DNA from: Neoechinorhynchus agilis
Lineage: Eukaryota; Animalia; Acanthocephala
DNA: 64,000 bases
NCBI GenBank assembly: GCA_051530055.1
Contig: CM121341.1
Span: 10,022,784-10,086,783, forward strand
Direction: 5' to 3'
Numbering within the stretch: position 1 is the first letter of the stretch; every line of letters starts with the position of its first letter. Position numbers and translations under genes: made by a program. The notes beneath the pieces were generated by a model. That model worked only from the letters and a program-made list of their open reading frames with translations. It searched no databases and was not told where the DNA came from. This document shows, one piece after another, positions 1 to 13,025 of this stretch.

Positions 1-1040
1 TAAACAAAAGTTCATTTCGATAATATTTTAATTCTATTCAATTGTTCCTTCGAATGGATGTGTATTCTCAATGGCGATTTGTAACACATTCGAGTTTTAT
101 TATTGAAATCTTCATTGCGAATCTTCAAGGCCTCAACTCGAGTGTGTAACAATTCGCCATTGAGAATAATATTTTGAATGAGTAAACAAAATTATTCTCG
201 AAATAAGATTGTGGTGATCATAATTCGGGATATTTCAGTAAACAAATTTTATGATAAACAAAAGTTCATTTCGAGAATATTTTAGTTCTATTCAATTGTT
301 CCTTCGAATGGATGTGTATTCTCAATGGCGAATTGTAACACATTCGAGTTTTATTATTGAACTCTTCATTGCGAATCTTCAAGGCCTCAGCTCGAGTGTG
401 TAACAATTCACCATCGAGAATAATATTTTGAATGAGCAAACAAAATTATTCTCGAAATAAGATTGCGGTGATCATAATTCGGGATATTTCAGTAAACGAA
501 TTTTATGATAAACAAAAGTTCATTTCGAGAATATTTTAATTCTATTCAATTGTTCCTTCGAATGGATGTGTATTCTCAATGGCGATTTGTAACACATTCG
601 AGTTTTATTATTCAATTCTTCATTGCGGATTTTCAAGGCCTCAACTCGAGTTCGCAACAATTCGCCATTGAGAATAATATTTTGAATGAGTAAACAAAAT
701 TATTCTCGAAATAAGATTGTGGTGATCATAATTCGGGATATTTCAGTAAACAAATTTTATGATAAACACAAATTCATTTCGAGAATATTTTAATTCTATT
801 CAATTGTTCCTTCGAATGAATGTGTATTCTCAATGGCGAATTGTTACACTGCTCGAGTTTTATTATTGAAATCTTCATTGCGAATCTTCAATGCCTCAGC
901 TCGAGTGTGTAACAATTCGCCATTGAGAATAATATTTTGAATGAGTAAACAAAATTATTCTCGAAATAAGATTGTGGTGATCATAATTCTTGATATTTCA
1001 GTAAACAAATTTTATGATAAACACAAATTCATTTCGACAA
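1..1040. repeat. Tandem satellite, 254-bp monomer, ~4 copies (truncated by the window start; degenerate tail to ~1300); each monomer contains a ~30-bp-arm inverted repeat
   Basis: TAAACA(A/C)AA(G/A)TTCATTTCG recurs at 1, 255, 509, 763 and ~1018. Internal IR: CTCAATGGCGATTTGTAACACATTCGAGT ... ACTCGAGTGTGTAACAATTCGCCATTGAG. Confidence 0.95.
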
Positions 1041-1560
1041 TATTTTTAATGAGTCTAAAATATGAAATATTCCAGAAATTTATTTGTGGAGATCATAATG
1101 CCAGATATTTGAGTGGAATATTTATATCTTCTATTATGATCATCAAAAGTTCATTTCGAGAATATTTTGAACGAGTCCAAAAGCCTAAGATCAAAAATAT
1201 TTCCGAAATGAATTTGATGTGATTATAATGCCGGATATTTTCGGTAAACAAATTTTTGTCCAGGATTATGATAAAAAAGTTTATTTCGATAATATTTTGA
1301 ATATGTCAATTTTATGTTTTTTAGAACATTTTTTCCTCGGCCTATTTTCATTTTAAGCATACATCGGTTTGACTGTAGCCGAAAAAGTCAAAAACGCTGA
1401 ATCAATGGAACCGGTTTACCGGCAAACATTAAAGAGTTAATTTAAGGCTAACAGTAAAAGGAAATGGAATGAACCTAACTGGAAAACTAATTTTTTTAGA
1501 TGGAACTTTTTATTCTATGAACGTGATTGAAAAATCGCCAGCTTCATGTATGATTCAGAT

Positions 1561-1576
1561 GTGTGTGTGTGTGTGT
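1561..1576. repeat. (GT)8 microsatellite
   Basis: gtgtgtgtgtgtgtgt read directly. Confidence 0.9.
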
Positions 1577-1935
1577 TTTTATCTTGTTGTGTACCAACAG
1601 CTCTACTTGAATCGATTTTCTTTTATGATGCTACTGAATAAAAGTCTTAAATGCTCTTAGATCAAATCGAGATGTGAGGTAAGAAACATCGCATCGTTTC
1701 CTAAGAAACACTAACCTGTTGAATCCAAGCCGAATGTTGACAATCACTACGAATCCAAAATTTAGTTGATGTTTTCATACCGTTGATTATCACACTAGTT
1801 TAGGCATTAGTCGGTTGTTAGCGCATCTTCCCAAAGCCATTTAAGGATCTCTTCGATGTACAAAGACTAAAGTAATCCATATCCGAGAAGACTTTCCACT
1901 CTTCGAGTTTTTATTGTGAACACCACCAAGCCTAA

Positions 1936-4900
1936 ATGAACAACCAAAATTTTCCACCAGTAAATGGCAATATATCTCGTGCCACGAAACGGAAGCGGAT
2001 TAATCCATGGGGCCCAGAGACGTACACTGAGCTTATAACTGCAGCCATTGAAAGCAGCATGACCAAATGCTTAGTTCTTCAGGATATTTACAATTATATG
2101 TGTGCTCACAAGCGTTACTTTAATGAACGACGGGATGAACCGGCCGCCAAAGGGTGGCATAATCAAGTTCGGCACACACTATCGACGAGTAACAAATTTA
2201 CAAGGATTGCACCTCCCAGCCGAGGAATGTCATCGTTATGGAAAATAAACCCTTCTTACCAAGATCGCCGGTTTAAGAGAAGTAGACTTAATGTTGCGAC
2301 AATCACATCGGGCACAATGGATAACGCATATAGAATGCTACTTGGTGTCGCTCACAATCCAGTTGCGGCTCCAATTCAGAATTGGAATGGAATGCATCAA
2401 TTCCGAACAGAAAATTTATATTCGCCACAAGCCCTTGGGAACGCCGGCTCGGGGCTTAATGTAACCAGTTATCCCTTTACTCATTATATTCAAGGCGGTT
2501 TCAATCCGGAACAAATTCAGTTTGAGGATCAGAATCGGACTATAAGACAAAATATTGAGCAAAATGACCCGCGTCTCGAACACCCAGCGATTGCTGAATT
2601 TAGTGCAGTTGGTCAATATGGAAACCAATCGAACCGTTATCGCGGTGGCGAGCATAACGCTCAACCGGGAAATGCCATCGGTATAAATGCAAATCCGGCA
2701 CAGCAACAATCGACAAATGAAATTCCACAAACCCTTTGGAACGCCGGCTCGGGGTTTAATGTCACCAATTATCGCCTTAATCATTCTATTCAAGGCGGTT
2801 TCAATCCGGAACCAATTCAGTCTGAGGATGAGAATCGGACTATAAGACAAAATATTGAGCAAAATGGCCCGCGTCTCGAACTCCCAGCGATTGCTGAATT
2901 TAGTGCAGTTGGTCAATATGGAAACCAATCGAACCGTTATCGCGGTGGCGAGCATAACGCTCAACCGGGAAATGCCATCGGTATAAATGCATCTCCAGCA
3001 CAGCAACAATCGACAAATGAAAATCACAAACACTTACGAACGCCGGCTCGGGGTTTAATGTTATTAATTATCCCTTAATCTTTCTATTCAAGGCGGTTTT
3101 AATCCGGAACCAATTCAGTCTGAGGATCATAATCGGATTATAGACAAGATATTGAACAAAATGGCCCGCGGCTCGAACTCCGATCGCTGAATTTAGCGCT
3201 GTTGGTCAATATGGAAACCAATCGAACCGTTATCGCGGTGGCGAGCATAACGCTCAACCGGGAAATGCCATCGACATAAATGCATCTCCGGCACAGCAAC
3301 AATCGACAAATGAAAATCTACAAACGCTTACGAACGCCGGCTCGGGGTTTAATGTTACCAATTTTCCCCATAATCATTCTATTCAAGGCGGTTTTAATCC
3401 GGAACCAATTCAGTCTGAGGATCATAATCGGATTATAGGACAAGATATTGAACAAAATGGCACGCGGCTCGAACTCCCTCCGGTTGCTGAATTTAGCGGT
3501 TGGTGAATATGGAAACCAATCGAAGCGTTATCGCGGTGGGGAGCCCAACGCTCAACCGGGAAATGCCATCGACATAAATGCATCTCCGGCACAGCAACAA
3601 TCGACAAATGAAAATCTACAAACGCTTACGAACGCCAGCTCGGGGTTTAATGTTACCAATTGTCCCCATAATCATTCTATTCAAGGCGGTTTTAATCCGG
3701 AACCAATTCAGTCTGAGGATCATAATCGGATTATAGGACAAGATATTGAACAAAATGGCACGCGGCTCGAACTCCCTCCGGTTGCTGAATTTAGCGCAGT
3801 TGGTGAATATGGAAACCAATCGAAGCGTTATCGAGGTGGGGAGCCCAACGCTCAACCGGGAAATGCCATCGACATAAATGCATCTCCGGCACAGCAACAA
3901 TCGACAAATGAAAATCTACAAACGCTTACGAACGCCAGCTCGGGGTTTAATGTTACCCATTGTCCCCATAATCATTCTATTCAAGGCGGTTTTAATCCGG
4001 AACCAATTCAGTCTGAGGATCATAATCGGATTATAGGACAAGATATTGAACAAAATGGCACGCGGCTCGAACTCCCTCCGGTTGCTGAATTTAGCGCAGT
4101 TGGTGAATATGGAAACCAATCGAAGCGTTATCGAGGTGGGGAGCCCAACGCTCAACCGGAAATGCCATCGACATAAATGCATCTCCGGCACAGCAACAAT
4201 CGACAAATGAAAATCTACAAACGCTTACGAACGCCAGCTCGGGGTTTAATGTTACCCATTGTCCCCATAATCATTCTATTCAAGGCGGTTTTAATCCGGA
4301 ACCAATTCAGTCTGAGGATCATAATCGGATTATAGGACAAGATATTGAACAAAATGGCACGCGGCTCGAACTCCCTCCGGTTGCTGAATTTAGCGCAGTT
4401 GGTGAATATGGAAACCAATCGAACCGTTATCGCGGTGGGGAGCCCAACGCTCAACCGGGAAATGCCATCGACATAAATGCATCTCCGGCACAGCAACAAT
4501 CGACAAATGAAAATCTACAAACGCTTACGAACGCCAGCTCGGGGTTTAATGTTACCCATTGTCCCCATAATCATTCTATTCAAGGCGGTTTTAATCCGGA
4601 ACCAATTCAGTCTGAGGATCATAATCGGATTATAGGACAAGATATTGAACAAAATGGCACGCGGCTCGAAATCCCTCCGGTTGCTGAATTTAGCGCAGTT
4701 GGTGAATATGGAAACCAATCGAAGCGTTATCGAGGTGGGGAGCCCAACGCTCAACCGGGAAATGCCATCGACATAAATGCATCTCCGGCACAGCAACAAT
4801 CGACAAATGAAAATCTAAAAACGCTTACGAACGCCAGCTCGGGGTTTAATGTTACCCATTGTCCCCATAATCATTCTATTCAAGGCGGTTTTAATCCGGA

Positions 4901-7250
4901 ACCAATTCAGTCTGAGGATCATAATCGGATTATAGGACAAGATATTGAACAAAATGGCACGCGGCTCGAACTCCCTCCGGTTGCTGAATTTAGCGCAGTT
5001 GGTGAATATGGAAACCAATCGAAGCGTTATCGAGGTGGGGAGCCCAACGCTCAACCGGGAAATGCCATCGACATAAATGCATCTCCGGCACAGCAACAAT
5101 CGACAAATGAAAATCTAAAAACGCTTACGAACGCCAGCTCGGGGTTTAATGTTACCCATTGTCCCCATAATCATTCTATTCAAGGCGGTTTTAATCCGGA
5201 ACCAATTCAGTCTGAGGATCATAATCGGATTATAGGACAAGATATTGAACAAAATGGCACGCAGCTCGAACTCCCTCCGGTTGCTGAATTTAGCGCAGTT
5301 GGTGAATATGGAAACCAATCGAAGCGTTATCGAGGTGGGGAGCCCAACGCTCAACCGTCAAATGCCATCGACATAAATGCATCTCCGGCACAACAACAAT
5401 CGACAAATGAAAATCTACAAACGCTTACGAACGCCAGCTCGGGGTTTAATGTTACCAATTGTCCCCACAATCATTCTATTCAAGGCGGTTTTAATCCGGA
5501 ACCAATTCAGTCTGAGGATCATAATCGGATTATAGGACAAGATATTGAACAAAATGGCACGCGGCTCGAACTCCCTCCGGTTGCTGAATTTAGCGCAGTT
5601 GGTCAATATGCAAACCAATCGAACCGTTATCGCGGTGGCGAGCATAACGCTCAACCGGGAAATGCCATCGGTATAAATGCATCTCCGGCACAGCAACAAT
5701 CGACAAATGAAAATCCACAAACGCTTACGAACGCCAGCTCGGGGTTTAATGTTACCAATTTTCCCCATAATCATTCTATTCAAGGCGGTTTTAATCCGGA
5801 ACCAATTCAGTCTGAAGGTCGTAAGCGGATTATACGACAAAATATTGAGCAAAATGGCCCGCGTCTCGAAATGCCTGCGATTGCTGAATTTAGCGCAGGT
5901 GGTGAATATGGAAACCAATCGAAGCGTTATCGAGGTGGGGAGCCCAACGCTCAACCGGGAAATGCCATCGACATAAATGCATCTCCGGCACAGCAACAAT
6001 CGACAAATGAAAATCTACAAACGCTTGCAAACGCCGGCTCGGGGTTTAATGTTACCAATTTTCCCCATAATCATACTATTCAAGGCGGTTTTAATCCGGA
6101 ACCAATTCAGTCTGAGGATCATAATCGGATTATAGGACAAGATATTGAACAAAATGGCACGCGGCTCGAACTCCCTCCGGTTTCTGAATTTAGCGCAGTT
6201 GGTGAATATGGAAACCAATCGAAGCGTTATCGAGGTGGGGAGCCCAACGCTCAACCGGGAAATGCCATCGACATAAATGGATCTCCGACACAGCAACAAT
6301 CGAGAAATGAAATTCCACAGACCCTTTGGAACGCCGGCACGGGGTTTAATGTTACCAATTATCGCCTTTATCATTCTATTCAAGGCGGTTTTATTCCGGA
6401 ACCAATTCAGTCTAACTATCATAATCGGATTATAGGACAAAATATTGAACAAAATGGCACGCGGCTCGAATTCCCTGCGATTTCTGAATTTAGCGCAGTT
6501 GGTCAATATGCAAACCAATCGAACCGTTATCGCGGTGGCGAGCATAACGCTCAACCGGGAAATGCCATCGGTATAGATGCATCTCCGGCACAGCAACAAT
6601 CGACAAATGAAAATCCACAAACGCTTACGAACGCCAGCTCGGGGTTTAATGTTACCAATTTTCCCCATAATCATTCTATTCAAGGCGGTTTTAATCCGGA
6701 ACCAATTCAGTCTGAAGGTCGTAAGCGGATTATACGACAAAATATTGAGCAAAATGGCCCGCGTCTCGAAATGCCTGCGATTGCTGAATTTAGCGCAGGT
6801 GGTGAATATGGAAACCAATCGAAGCGTTATCGAGGTGGGGAGCCCAACGCTCAACCGGGAAATGCCATCGACATAATTGCATCTCCGACACAGCAACAAT
6901 CGACAAATGAAATTCAACAAACCCTTTGGAACGCCAGCTCGGGGTTTAATGTTACCCATTGTCCCCATAATCATTCTATTCAAGCCGGTTTTAATCCGGA
7001 ACCAATTAAGTCTGAGGATAAGAATCGGACTATAAGACAAAATATTGAGCAAAATGGCACGCGGCTCGAACTCCCTCCGGTTGCTGAATTTAGCGCAGTT
7101 GGTGAATATGGAAACCAATCGAACCGTTATCGCGGTGGCGAGCATAACGCTCAACCGGGAAATGCCATCGGTATAAATGCATCTCCAGCACAGCAACAAT
7201 CGACAAATGAAAACGTAGAGTTATACAACCTGGAACAATGCCAACGTTGA
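1936..7250 (+). CDS. FoxO-like forkhead transcription factor with ~16 tandem 100-aa repeats; apparent frameshifts at ~3025-3500 and ~4158
   Basis: N-terminal 'RKRINPWGPETYTELITAAIESS...LQDIYNYM...KGWHNQVRHTLS...F.R.......SLWKINP' fits a forkhead domain with the FoxO-type N(A/P)WG start and pre-helix-3 insertion. ORFs 1936-3078, 3448-4176 and the frame ending at 7250 all encode the same 100-aa repeat. Confidence 0.8.
2431..7215 (+). repeat. 300-bp coding tandem repeat, ~16 units
   Basis: The motif ACGCC(A/G)GCTCGGGGTTTAATGTTACC recurs every ~300 bp from ~2440 to ~6930; central units are near-identical. Confidence 0.97.
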
Positions 7251-8049
7251 CCATAATGAGGACAGAATTTAGTTTCTATTTTAGATATAGCTAGATAGCA
7301 TCCACAAATAAAACGTTAGCTTCTTTTCATGTGCTCCATTTCGATTTACACAATTTCGATCATTTACAGTGTTGTGTTTTTGATATCAAAAATTAAAGTG
7401 TACAATGAAAAATATTTCTATCCGTATTTTCCGATATTTTTTCCATATAGCACTCAGTATTGAAGCGTTTTTTTACAGCGTTAGAGACATCCTGTTCTAA
7501 TTAACGCGGAGATATCGATTTTAGCAGAGAAAATATATGACAGCGCTTTCCTTAAAATGTGTTTTACAGGATGTTTTACTTTTAAATACAAATTCAATCA
7601 CGTTGGAGGCACTTTAAGGACGAAAGTCGCGGCTTCTTTCCACATAGAGATTCGTAGTGGCTTGAAGTATTGATCCACGAGCTATATTGACAAATTTTTG
7701 GCTAGACGTTAACGCCAATAAGGAAAGCCTTGGACGAGCGCGCAAAATCAGGTCTACGTCCTCAAAAGACAATAGTTTAAAACCATTGTTTGTATTCACA
7801 TTAGTGCGATTTTGATTCATACCCTTTAAGATGTTTGAAGACTGAATTATTCATATAGGTTGTTTTCTGGCGTAGAAATTAAAATGATTTTATTTTAAAA
7901 TCCGATTGATTTCGGCACAATCTTGTACGTGCTTATCAAGGTCTAAAAAATTCAAGTTGGGGATGGATCAATATTCACTGTCCTAAAATCGAGCCTAATG
8001 TCCTCCTTATTCCTTCGTCTACTGTTTCCAATTGGCCGATGAATACGGC

Positions 8050-10050
8050 CTCCATTATAACGCGCGATCACATTTGGATTCACTTCTTGGCGAAATGGTG
8101 CATTGTTGTTCAAAATGGTTAAGTATCGCGAAACTGGCATCAGTATCTCTCCTCAGAGCATATTTGTCTTCTTTTGTTCTCCTTTCCAAATTGTTTAGCC
8201 TACGTAGGATTTACTGCATTCAATGTAGGTAATTCTGTATACCACTGCGTTGCTTTCATGTTCCTCACGTTTCTTTACTATGGAGCTGAATGATTTGACT
8301 TTCTCGGTGTAGATACAACGCTCCATGTCTTTGGATGCAGCTCCTCTGATCAGGTTGTTAATTGTAGTAAATAACTCCTCGTCGACGAATGGTGAACCAT
8401 TGAAGGCTTTGTTTTGACTTCTAGCACAGTTTTCTTTGCATAGAAGGCTCTTTCAACTATATCTTCTTATCATGTAGATTGGATAGACCTTTTGTTTGAG
8501 CATGTCCCAAAGAAATTCAAGTTCCTCGCCGAGTCTTGGTTGTAGCAATAGTTATAGGCGCGATTAAATAGTGACTCTAATCTAGTTATTTTATATTTAA
8601 TTGGTGCCATTACAATGAATGAGGGCAATGTCAGCCGGTACACCAATCTTTGCATATACAGTGGTCTCAAACTCAGCTTATTTTAGCGTTATCGATACTT
8701 CCAAAAAAGAGATCACATTATGATTCTCCAAGTCGACGGTGGCTATTGGATGTTGTTGTGCTTGAAATTCAGCACGTGAGAAAACTTTTCCGTCTTTATG
8801 GACTTGTCTATTAAGATAAAAGTGTCATCAACGTATCTCTGCCAGAATTTCACACCCGGTAGGCTTGAAACATACTTAGCCTCCCAATCGCCAATGAACA
8901 ATTCGGCGAGAACTGGTTCAAGAGCACTCCCCATGGATAATCCATCTACTTAATCATAGCTCTTATCTTCGAAGTCGAAATTTCTTGCTCCTCGTGCACA
9001 TGTATAAGAGTTCCTTCCATTCAGATTCAGTCAAATTCCAGCCTTCTACATTGCGTTGAAGCATCGGAATCGCATGGCTGATCGCAGTCCAGTGGCACTT
9101 TTGTGAATAGCGACTTGGCCTCAGCAGAAATCATTCTATATTCTGCACATGCGTGCGCCTCCAATCTCCCTATGAACTCCACATCTGATAATACTGTGTG
9201 CTTACCCGGAGGCATTAAGTTTCTTAGCATGGTAGCCAATGCCCGAGTTGTTTTCGTATTATATGCAGAATGCGATGCAATAATTGGCCGAGCCTTTTCG
9301 CCAATAAATACATAATCGGTGCCAATCCATTGCTGGAAAGATGTTTCTGGTATATTTCAGGATCAATCCTTCCACGTTTCTTTAGTGAGAGTAGATATTG
9401 GTTGAACATAATTTCTCGTTTTGTAGTAGGGATAAAATTGCTACGTTTGCGTTCATAGTGAGTTAAGAAGATCCGATAAAGTCTTTAAAATAAAATTATG
9501 CCCCGTCGTATGCTTAGGTGTGCCCGGAAAATACATGAAGATTTGATTGCATTACGGAATCTTCTAGCACAGAACATTCGGTTAATACGTCGTATCCCTC
9601 GATTAGCGAGATCTATGATAGCGAAAAAACTCGGAGATTTGATCGATAAGGTTGACGGCGAATCCTTTTGATTGGTGCTAAAATGGATGCCCACTCCTTG
9701 ATTTCGCTTCAGCACTACGCTTATTCGTGGCTTGCTTAATCCTTGCGACATGCAAATGCGGTGTTGATTCGGACAGTCCAGTAACCAACGAACTCGATTA
9801 CCCGAAAAGCCAGGTAAGACTCTAATTCTAAGAGCTAACGGCATTCGATCTCTCCTCGAGACGGCTGGTTTAAGCAGAGATGACGGTAAAGGAAGAGAGG
9901 GCGTATCAACAGTTTCTTGGGAAAATGTCTCCTTGGGACTTTGCTAAGAGCAGCTTGTTCCTTGCAGTTTACGGAGTTGGTGAAATGGCGAAAAGGTGAG
10001 ATATACAAATGCCTCGATTTGTCACTGTATATTTTCAAAAGCTCTCGCCA
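8050..10050 (-). mobile_element. Decayed Penelope-like retroelement (RT + GIY-YIG endonuclease)
   Basis: Minus-strand fragments in the expected order: 'GLAPIMYLLAK', 'ISAEAKSLFTKVP', 'MGSALEPVLAELF...WQRYVDDTF', 'IKYKITRLESLFNRAYNYC', and at ~8190-8250 a GIY-YIG-like 'WIYRITYIECSKSYVG*T'. Many stops and frameshifts. Confidence 0.85.
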
Positions 10051-10580
10051 TTAAAACGATTGGTGCCGTCGGACACCAAGCATCGCAGAATTTCTAACTA
10101 AAGTTAATAAAGTGGTTGGTCGCAACAACAAAAAACCATTTTTATCAGCTGTGCGATTCAGAAAGGGAATCCTGGATGCTCGAGTCATTGGAGAATAAAG
10201 ATGTTTCGCCATTCCAATCGGAAATCAAAAACGTTGGTAAAAAGAAATAATTTCATTAGACAATCACGCTTTGGCATAGATTAAGAAGCTCGTCTCAAAT
10301 GAGGTTATTTTTTACGGAAATTCTCAGAAGATGAAGTTGCTCAAACCTGTTAGTCAGAAAACGTATTCATTTTAAAGACGCATTTTCTTCGGATGAAAAC
10401 TTCACACATATCAGCCAGCATAGGAACCAGTTTCTTACCATTCGTAGTGGTGCATTTCCGTGTGCATTGCAGTTAAACCATCACAGCAGCGCAGGCATCT
10501 TGGCTCGACTCCAGCATGTCTCACCGATTAGCAAAAAGCAAATAAGCACGCATTCAGTAGTCGTTTGGATCCAAGAAAAA

Positions 10581-13025
10581 ATGCTGCATTTAAGAACTTA
10601 TTTAATTTTTAAACGTGTCGTGAAAGCGAGACGACTTATCCTTTGTGTTGCCGTTACAATTCTATTCTTCTTTCATTTGTCACATTATTTAAAAGGTTCA
10701 CTTCGACGCAAAAACGTGAGTTTGCTGTATTAATGAGATCGTTGATTTTAAAATATCCTCTATTAGCCTGGAGGTATTCCCCAAAATGGAGTTGATTCTC
10801 ATTTGCAATCCATAGATGGCAAAGATCTTCAAAAACCTTTCATTGCTGATATAAAATGGCTTCAAAACTTCAACGATCAGTATCCCGTTACAGCATCTCA
10901 GCTCACTTTTGGTATAGAAATAACGAGCAAACAATTGAGTGCTACTCTTAATGTACAAATACATCTTTTCGTTTACAAGATTCAATTTGTAATTTAGAAA
11001 CTGAAGTGGCAACTGGGATCCGTGCACTCGGAATTAAAATGCAAAGACACTGATGACATTGGCGGTATTATAATTAATGTTAATTCAACGAAATTGTATA
11101 TTCTAAATTTCAAAAAGCAAGGAGATTACTTGTACGTTTGCAATATGAATCTTTCTTCTAAAAGATGGTTTGGAGATGTTGCACGAACTGTCGATATGTG
11201 AGTCGTGCACACGCTAAAACTCGAGTTTGTCTAATATTTCTCAAACTTTATAGATTCAAACTTAAACCCGTAAAAACAATATTTGGAATAGTGAATGTTC
11301 CAGCAAACACTGAACAGTTTATTCGGGATTACAACACATCCAAGTTTCTAGAATGCAACAAGACTCTACAAAAGAAGTTGTTCGACCTTTATCCGGACCA
11401 GCGACACAACGTTAACAGAGTGAACGAAAAAATCTTACCTGGAATAGTCGCGATAAAGAAGCAAATGAAATCTTTGGGGAAAAACTTTTTTCTTGCTGGA
11501 GGAACTCTTCTAGGTAGGTTAAACAAATCGAGCTTAGAACAGATTAATCGAAATGAAAATTTGTGAGAATTTTGTTTTAACATAAAGAAATGGCCGCATT
11601 ATCTGTTTTATAAAATGAACATTTTCATGCTTTTGGACAGAAATATTGAACTTCATTTGACAGTTATTAATGATCTGATTTTGTTTTTTATAAGAAGCTA
11701 CTTGAGACAATATTGATTTTGTCTGTAAATGCTGCCCTGAGTTCTCTGAGTTCCTTTCGTCCAAATTATTAGTTGGAACTAAGTGAGAACCGTGGTGATT
11801 GTATTTCCGGTTCACTTATTGAGTCACAATTTATTGACACAATTGGTCGACAGATTTTACCATGGCTGAAATATTCGTCAAGGTCGTAAAGATTTTTTAC
11901 TATTTTGCTTCGATAAGATTCTAAAGTTCGCGAAATTAATAACGGCCTAACTTTTGAATTTTGCTAGATGCAAAATTTAGTTTTAAGATCTTGTAGAATA
12001 AAAAATTTACGATTGCCGCATGATTTACTCTACGCAGGTTGGTACCGTCAATGTGGAATCATCGAGCAATCACTTGATGTTGATTTTGCAATGATGGACT
12101 ACGATTACGATATCAGCGTTTTAAGATCATTCTTGGGGAATAAGGATATATGGATCATATATAAATTCGGTCACGTATGTATCCAAAGACGGGTCTGTTG
12201 ATGTAAATCAATCGGTCATTATTAATTGAGCACTATTTTTTTTATCCAAAATAAAGGCATAAATAGTAATCTTTGGATAAAGATTAAAGTCGATGAACAT
12301 TTTTAGTTTTTCTGTAATAAAAAAGGAAAGGGAGCTCAAAGATCATTTCTTGCTCACAAACAATTAAAAAACGCATAAGCCTGATTTTCATAATTCTTTT
12401 AATCCCATTATTCAGAAGCGGCAAATCACTTAAGAATATATCGATATGAAAGCCTTACCCGGATCTTTATTGCAAAAAAATAAGCAGGACTTTTAAATCC
12501 ACATTATTTAAAGCGTTTATCGAGCACTGCATCGTTTTAGAATTAAAGTTGTTCTTTCAAAAATCTTTAGAGTTCAATGCCAGGCCATGAACTGCGTTTC
12601 ACAAACGGAAAATACACATTTGATCTGTTCATAGTCTATAAGGATTCCAAAAACGACACACTTCATTGTATTTACCAATTGGGGACAGATCATTACGTGT
12701 AAGTTATTAAAAAATTAACCAATCGAGGCCCTAGTCTTATTATTTAAGTCGATCGATAAGTCCTATACGCGAACTATGCTCATGTGACCTTCTCGGTATT
12801 CGACTTCAAGTCACATGTCAACCAGTGGAATATATAGAGAATGAATACGGACGTTATCCACGGTGGTTCCACCCGAAAACCGAAAATGTTTGGACTAATT
12901 TAAGATTCGATCAAAAATTTAACACCACATTCGCACTGTGTCAGTACCTCGAGCGATTTGATGCCCGAGGCAACCGCACACCGTACACAATACGAGAAAA
13001 AGACGGCAAGATTGTTAAATGTTGA
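10581..13025 (+). CDS. FKTN: Fukutin-like LicD-family phosphotransferase, copy A (multi-exon)
   Basis: N-terminal signal anchor (RRLILCVAVTILFFFHL). 'SKFLECN', then 'FFLAGGTLLG|WYRQCGIIEQSLDVDFA' across GT-AG intron 11514-12037, matches fukutin [22 protein letters not shown]. C-terminal 'YIENEYG'. The start codon is inferred. Confidence 0.8.

Noticed and set aside
505-1222. Small ORFs in the 254-bp satellite, and similar ones at 38939, 53690, 61435, 62200 and 62518
   Set aside because: Chance ORFs repeated with the non-coding satellite units.
1420-1441. TTAAAGAGTTAA (also at ~57597-57608) as a piggyBac-like terminus
   Set aside because: No matching opposite terminus found in the window; too short to support in AT-rich DNA.
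2416-7199. Long minus-strand ORFs (up to 394 aa) across the 300-bp repeat
   Set aside because: They are antisense shadows of one stop-free frame repeated in every unit; no independent domain or start context.
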